Source: Selaginella moellendorffii
Lineage: Eukaryota > Plantae > Lycopodiophyta
Assembly: GCF_000143415.4 (NCBI RefSeq)
Contig: NW_003314267.1
Span: 3,285,407-3,349,406 of the forward strand
Length of the DNA stretch: 64,000 nucleotides
Direction: 5' to 3'
Shown here: in pieces, positions 60,102 to 64,000 of the stretch
Position numbering within the stretch: position 1 is the stretch's first letter
Layout of the letters: the number at the start of each line of letters is the position of its first letter
Translations under genes and position numbers: made by a program
The notes under the pieces: model-generated
The model's database searches: none
What the model was told of the DNA's origin: nothing
The model's input: only the letters and a program-made list of their open reading frames with translations

Positions 60102-60678
60102 AAGTAAAACCCTCTTTGTTTGACCCCTCTTATTTAAAAACAAGCAAGAAGCTGTTAGTTGATCTTTCCACGCCAATTTGTCCCCTAAACCCTAAACCGG
60201 CTGGAGCCTTATATTGGAGCTGATTTTGGTGCATTTTGTAATGATTTCTTCCAAGGAAAGGACTATCCTACAGCCATCAGATTGTGCAAGGCTTCCATGC
60301 ATTATCTGCCTGTGGAAGAGAAAACTACCATGAGAGCGTCACTCTCAATCTTAGCTTTTATCACTCGACTCTTAGCGTAAGCAATATATGCGCTCTGCTT
60401 TCTCTTTTTCTAATGGTGGTGCGTACAGGACTTCAGTGTTCAATCGACAGAGAGGCAGAAAATGCACTTGTAAGGTAGAACACGAGCTTGATCTAAACTC
60501 TGATCTTTCTTCGTGTCTGGCAGCTTGTCAACTTGCTGGTAGTTACCTCAGGGTAGCACTGGACCTGTTCCGCTCCTCCATAATATTTTTCGTTTCTAAA
60601 GAAACAGGAAAGGAACACGCCACTGTTGAGAATATTGGTTTCTATTAACTTATATTGATTGCTCTGGGAATGCGGCAC

Positions 60679-60895
60679 ATGAAAGAGCTCATTGAGGAGG
60701 GAAAGCTGAAGGACCTGTAAGCATCAGCTGCTGATATTCATCAAGCACATTCGATTCATCCTATCACCGTTCAAATTGAGTCATTGCAACTTGCAGGTAC
60801 AAAGCATCGTTATCATTCATGATATGAAAGTTTTTCTTGCAGGGAGCTCGGGATTGGCAATTGAGATATCATGGCAGCGCCATGGTTTTCTTACT
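60679..60895 (+). pseudogene. Aldo-keto reductase (perakine reductase/auxin-induced AKR-like) exon fragments
   Basis: MKELIEEGKL...ASAADIHQAHSIHPIT.VQIE and CAG|..ELGIG match plant AKR LVEEGKI..EASA.TIRRAHAVHPITAVQIE..RELGIG. Confidence 0.7.
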
Positions 60896-61934
60896 CCGAG
60901 ATTTCTTACTCTGGACAAATGGATTGCTTGCTTTCGTCAAGAAGAGGAAGTTGTGAAACAATGGCTCGCTAAATCCCTGCACAAGGCTTGCAAATCTGGG
61001 AATGTGGTGAGCATCAATACGGAGCTTTTCCTTGTCGTTACTAAGTTTCTCTGGGTGGGCGTCAATACGAAGCTTTTCCTTATCGTTACTAAGTTTCTCA
61101 ACTCTGGAGCTAAAGGAGAAACACCCTTTCTACGTGATTTCCAGAGTGGCCAGCTCGCTTCAAAAGGAGGTTAGTCTATTCAAGCTTATGCGCTCGTGAA
61201 GCTCTTACAGTTTTACATTTTGATGGCTCTCTCTATATGGAGAAAGCGTCGACTACCGTTCTTTTCTTCTCTGGATCAACTTAAGGTTTGATATAAAATC
61301 TTTCCTTTCTGTGCTCTAACACTATTAATCTTTGCAGAACGTGGAGGAGTTTTATAACGAAACTTATATCCTTACAAGGTACTACATTACTTGGTGTTCA
61401 TTTGGGGTTCCTTGCAAGCTGCAATCCTTGCTGTGCCTCACAGGAATCCCAAGGTGGCAGCCACGACTACACGAGCACTTTGTCTTGGCAACTCTATGAG
61501 GCCCAACAATTCGCACAAGGTTTGCATTTTTTCCATGAAGTTTGCAACTAACTGCCATTCTCTCCTGCAGTTGTTCGAGTTACTGTCAATGCCAGACATC
61601 CCAAGCTAGTTTCTGTAACAACTCATTCATCAGGTGAGACAAATACTTATGGAGAACTCATTTTGCGTGTTGCACTGTGGATCTCTCGCAAGCTCTCTCG
61701 CTGCCGATGGTGGAATTTACAACGAGCTCGTGGGAGCATGAGAGCCTAAGTTGCTGTGGAACCCTTCAAGATCTTATCGCACGCTGCATCTAAGGTAATC
61801 AAATCTACATTCTCCTCACTCCTTGCTCCAATATTTTCTTCTGAAAAGAGACCGTGCATTAAAAAAACACTGGACCATTTACAATCTGAACCGTCCACTG
61901 TATAAAATCTGGAGCTGTTGTGGGAGATGATTGT

Positions 61935-62440
61935 TATTCTACAGTCAAAAGCTCACAGCGTTGGGAGAGATGAAACTCTTGGAATATCCACAAAGCACTT
62001 GTATGCCCATGTGGGGTATATGCCGCAAGAATGAGACCACGATTCTTTCGGGAATGGAACACATGAGCTCCACTGGGGGCATTCAATCCCTAGCCACGAG
62101 AGGAGAGCGTTTTTGTCGTAGCCTGTGATCGCGGATTTCATCCGGCATTCCATCGAAGATGTGCCTGCTGCTGGGCGTAGATCGAGATGATAATGCTCCA
62201 GGAGAAGCGCTTCTTGCGGAAGAAGAGCTCGCGAAGGCTCACATTGGCGAGGTATTTGTCCTGCTCCAGGCCGATGGATGCAATCTGGGAGTCCTGTGCT
62301 AGATCGCGCGCGGCAGTGCAGCAGCTGGAGGAGCGATTCTCTCAGGCATTCCGACGATTTTGGAGTCTAGGGTTTATGGATTCCTGGCGATGAGTCGAGG
62401 CTTCGGCTGCCACACCGTTGACAAGATTTATGGCAGCATT
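61935..62440 (-). pseudogene. Degenerate PLS-class PPR gene relic (a related fragment lies at ~59035-59150)
   Basis: Fragments TAARDLAQ..QIASIGLEQDKYLAN, RHIFDGMPD, AITGYDKN and ILAAY..HGH; many frameshifts. Confidence 0.55.
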
Positions 62441-62517
62441 GCGCCTGTTGCGATCGGCTGCCATCGCTCACAGGTAGGGCCGCAAGCATCTCTAGCAATC
62501 CTCTCACTCTTTGATGG

Positions 62518-64000
62518 ATGACTTCTAGATGGCAGCAGCGCATTGCGAGCGCAGGCTTTTTCACCAGAAGCTCACTCTTTGGTACTCGGCCTTCTCAAAG
62601 GGACGAGAAACACGATCTACTGCTCACTGCAAATGTCGCGGAGGCATCCCTGCGACGAGAATTCCCCCAGCAGCACGAGAAGGCGATCGACGACGACAAG
62701 ATCACTAAACTGCTTGAGATGATCGAATCCAAGCCCGACACCTTCGAGGCTGTGAAGAAATGGATGAGGAGAGGGAACTGTTTGAGCAGCGACGTGCTCT
62801 CCACGATTTATTTCTGGCTCATGAAACGCAAGCGCTACACCGAGATCATGAAGGTACGCTGCCATCCATCTTTTTTTCTTTCATAGCTTCTTGTGTTCTT
62901 CAAACTTCGATTCCTTTCAGCTGCTAGAAGGCATTCGATGCGAGAGATTGGTGAAGTTCACCGACATGCACTGCGTCTGGGCGATTGGTGTCATCTCCCG
63001 GCGGCGAGGAATGGCCAAAGCCGAGCGTTTCTACGACAGCCTTCCAGAGAAGCTGAGGACTGACCGGGTGACAGTCGGGCTGTTTCTTAGTGTCGCGAAA
63101 GAGAACGGGCTCGCCAAGGCCGAGCAGTGGCTAGAGAAGATCCAGGTCCACACCACGGACATCCTCGACGTGATGATGGTGCTCTATCTCAACAGGGACA
63201 AGCACCACAAGGTGGTGGAGATGTTCGAGAGAATGCGGGGCTTGGGGCTCCAGCCGAGCGTGAGAACTTATCTCATGCTGCTCAAGTGCAAGGACAGGGG
63301 TGCCGGTGGATTGAATGCAATCGAGGGAGAAGCTCTTGGAGCTGTGCAGACGATGGATGTGGAGGACCCGCCGCTCAGAACGCTCAACGATGCGATGGAA
63401 GTTTATGGCTACGTCGGGAAACAGGATGGTATCGAGGAGCTTTGGAGATCATTGAAGAGAACGAGAAGTGATATCCACCAGTCCAGCTACTTCAGCGCGA
63501 TCACTGCATTGGGACTGGTTGGCGAGGTCGCCAAGGCTCGAGCACTTTGCAAGGAACTTCTAGCTGGATCGGACGAGTTTACGAAGTTTGAGCAGAATCC
63601 ACACGCTCTGATGCTAGAAGTTTATGCTCGCAATGGGATGATGGAGAAGGCGGAACGTATCTTGCAAAGCAAGGAGCTGGACCGCGACTCTTTCGCTCCT
63701 TACAACAGTTTGATTCAAGGCTACATGGCAGCCAACAACATTTCAGAGGCGCTCAAGAAGCTGGACGATGGTCTTGCAGCTGTGCCTGCGAAAAGCATCA
63801 GGCTGCAGTACAAGACGATGATGGTGCTGCTGCCAGTCTACGCAGCAAACGGCGACGTAGAGGGTGCCAAGGAGCTGATGCGGAGGTACACGAAGCTAGG
63901 TGATGCCGGAGTGTACAACGAGTTCCTCAAGGTCTACATCTCTCGCAAGCGCCACCCCAGAGAGTTCATGGAAAGGATGCAAGCGAACGGTGTCGAGGGG
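62518..64000 (+). CDS. P-class pentatricopeptide repeat protein, probably organelle (mitochondria)-targeted; exon 1 62518-62853, intron 62854-62920, exon 2 62921 to beyond 64000
   Basis: Ser/Arg-rich N-terminus; 67 nt GT-AG intron; open exon 2 with GMAKAERFYDSLP, MFERMRGLGLQPSVRTYLMLL, MLEVYARNGMMEKAE and YNSLIQGY. Confidence 0.9.

Larger units (their letters stand above)
53900..61397 (+). repeat. Right arm of the large inverted duplication
   Basis: See the left arm. The spacer 53662-53899 contains a ~46 bp direct repeat. Confidence 0.9.

Noticed and set aside
60182-60197. Telomeric CCCTAAA repeats (mirror at ~32517-32529)
   Set aside because: Only two units; not an interstitial telomere array.
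61011-61100. Short tandem duplications (also 50772-50841, 21390-21478, 41219-41302)
   Set aside because: Ordinary two-copy slippage or repair duplications with no further structure.

Overview
Eukaryotic, repeat-dense plant nuclear DNA, most likely from a seed-free plant such as Selaginella. This is inferred from 58-67 nt introns, a GC-rich PPR gene, PLS-PPR relics and a Tcn1-like chromovirus. Most of the window is nested transposons. These include: (i) four copies of a non-coding LARD-like LTR family ('family A', ~1.5-1.6 kb LTRs with 11-12-mer arrays, tRNA-iMet PBS); (ii) three LTR relics of a second family ('B') that shares A's promoter block; (iii) a full-length non-chromoviral Ty3/Gypsy (7389-18085, minus strand) with two tandem Athila-ORF1/env-like extra domains; (iv) a self-priming Tcn1-like chromovirus (23824-29388); (v) a Cassandra-type 5S TRIM, plus a second TRIM with a solo LTR; (vi) a gag-only Copia derivative with TG...GA ends; and (vii) a decayed Mutator-like transposase. 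Beneath the insertions lies an old ~7.5 kb fold-back (inverted) duplication with arms at ~30930-53661 and ~53900-61397 and a ~240 bp spacer. Its right arm carries an intact, intronless, very AT-rich secreted GNA/bulb-type lectin whose N-terminal domain may be a Cys-depleted Gnk2/DUF26 fold. It also carries a frameshifted fungal-type DUF3669 kinase-like gene. The left arm carries 5'-truncated mirror pseudogenes of both. A P-class PPR gene starts at 62518 and runs off the window. Family assignments come from motifs recognised by eye, not from database searches.
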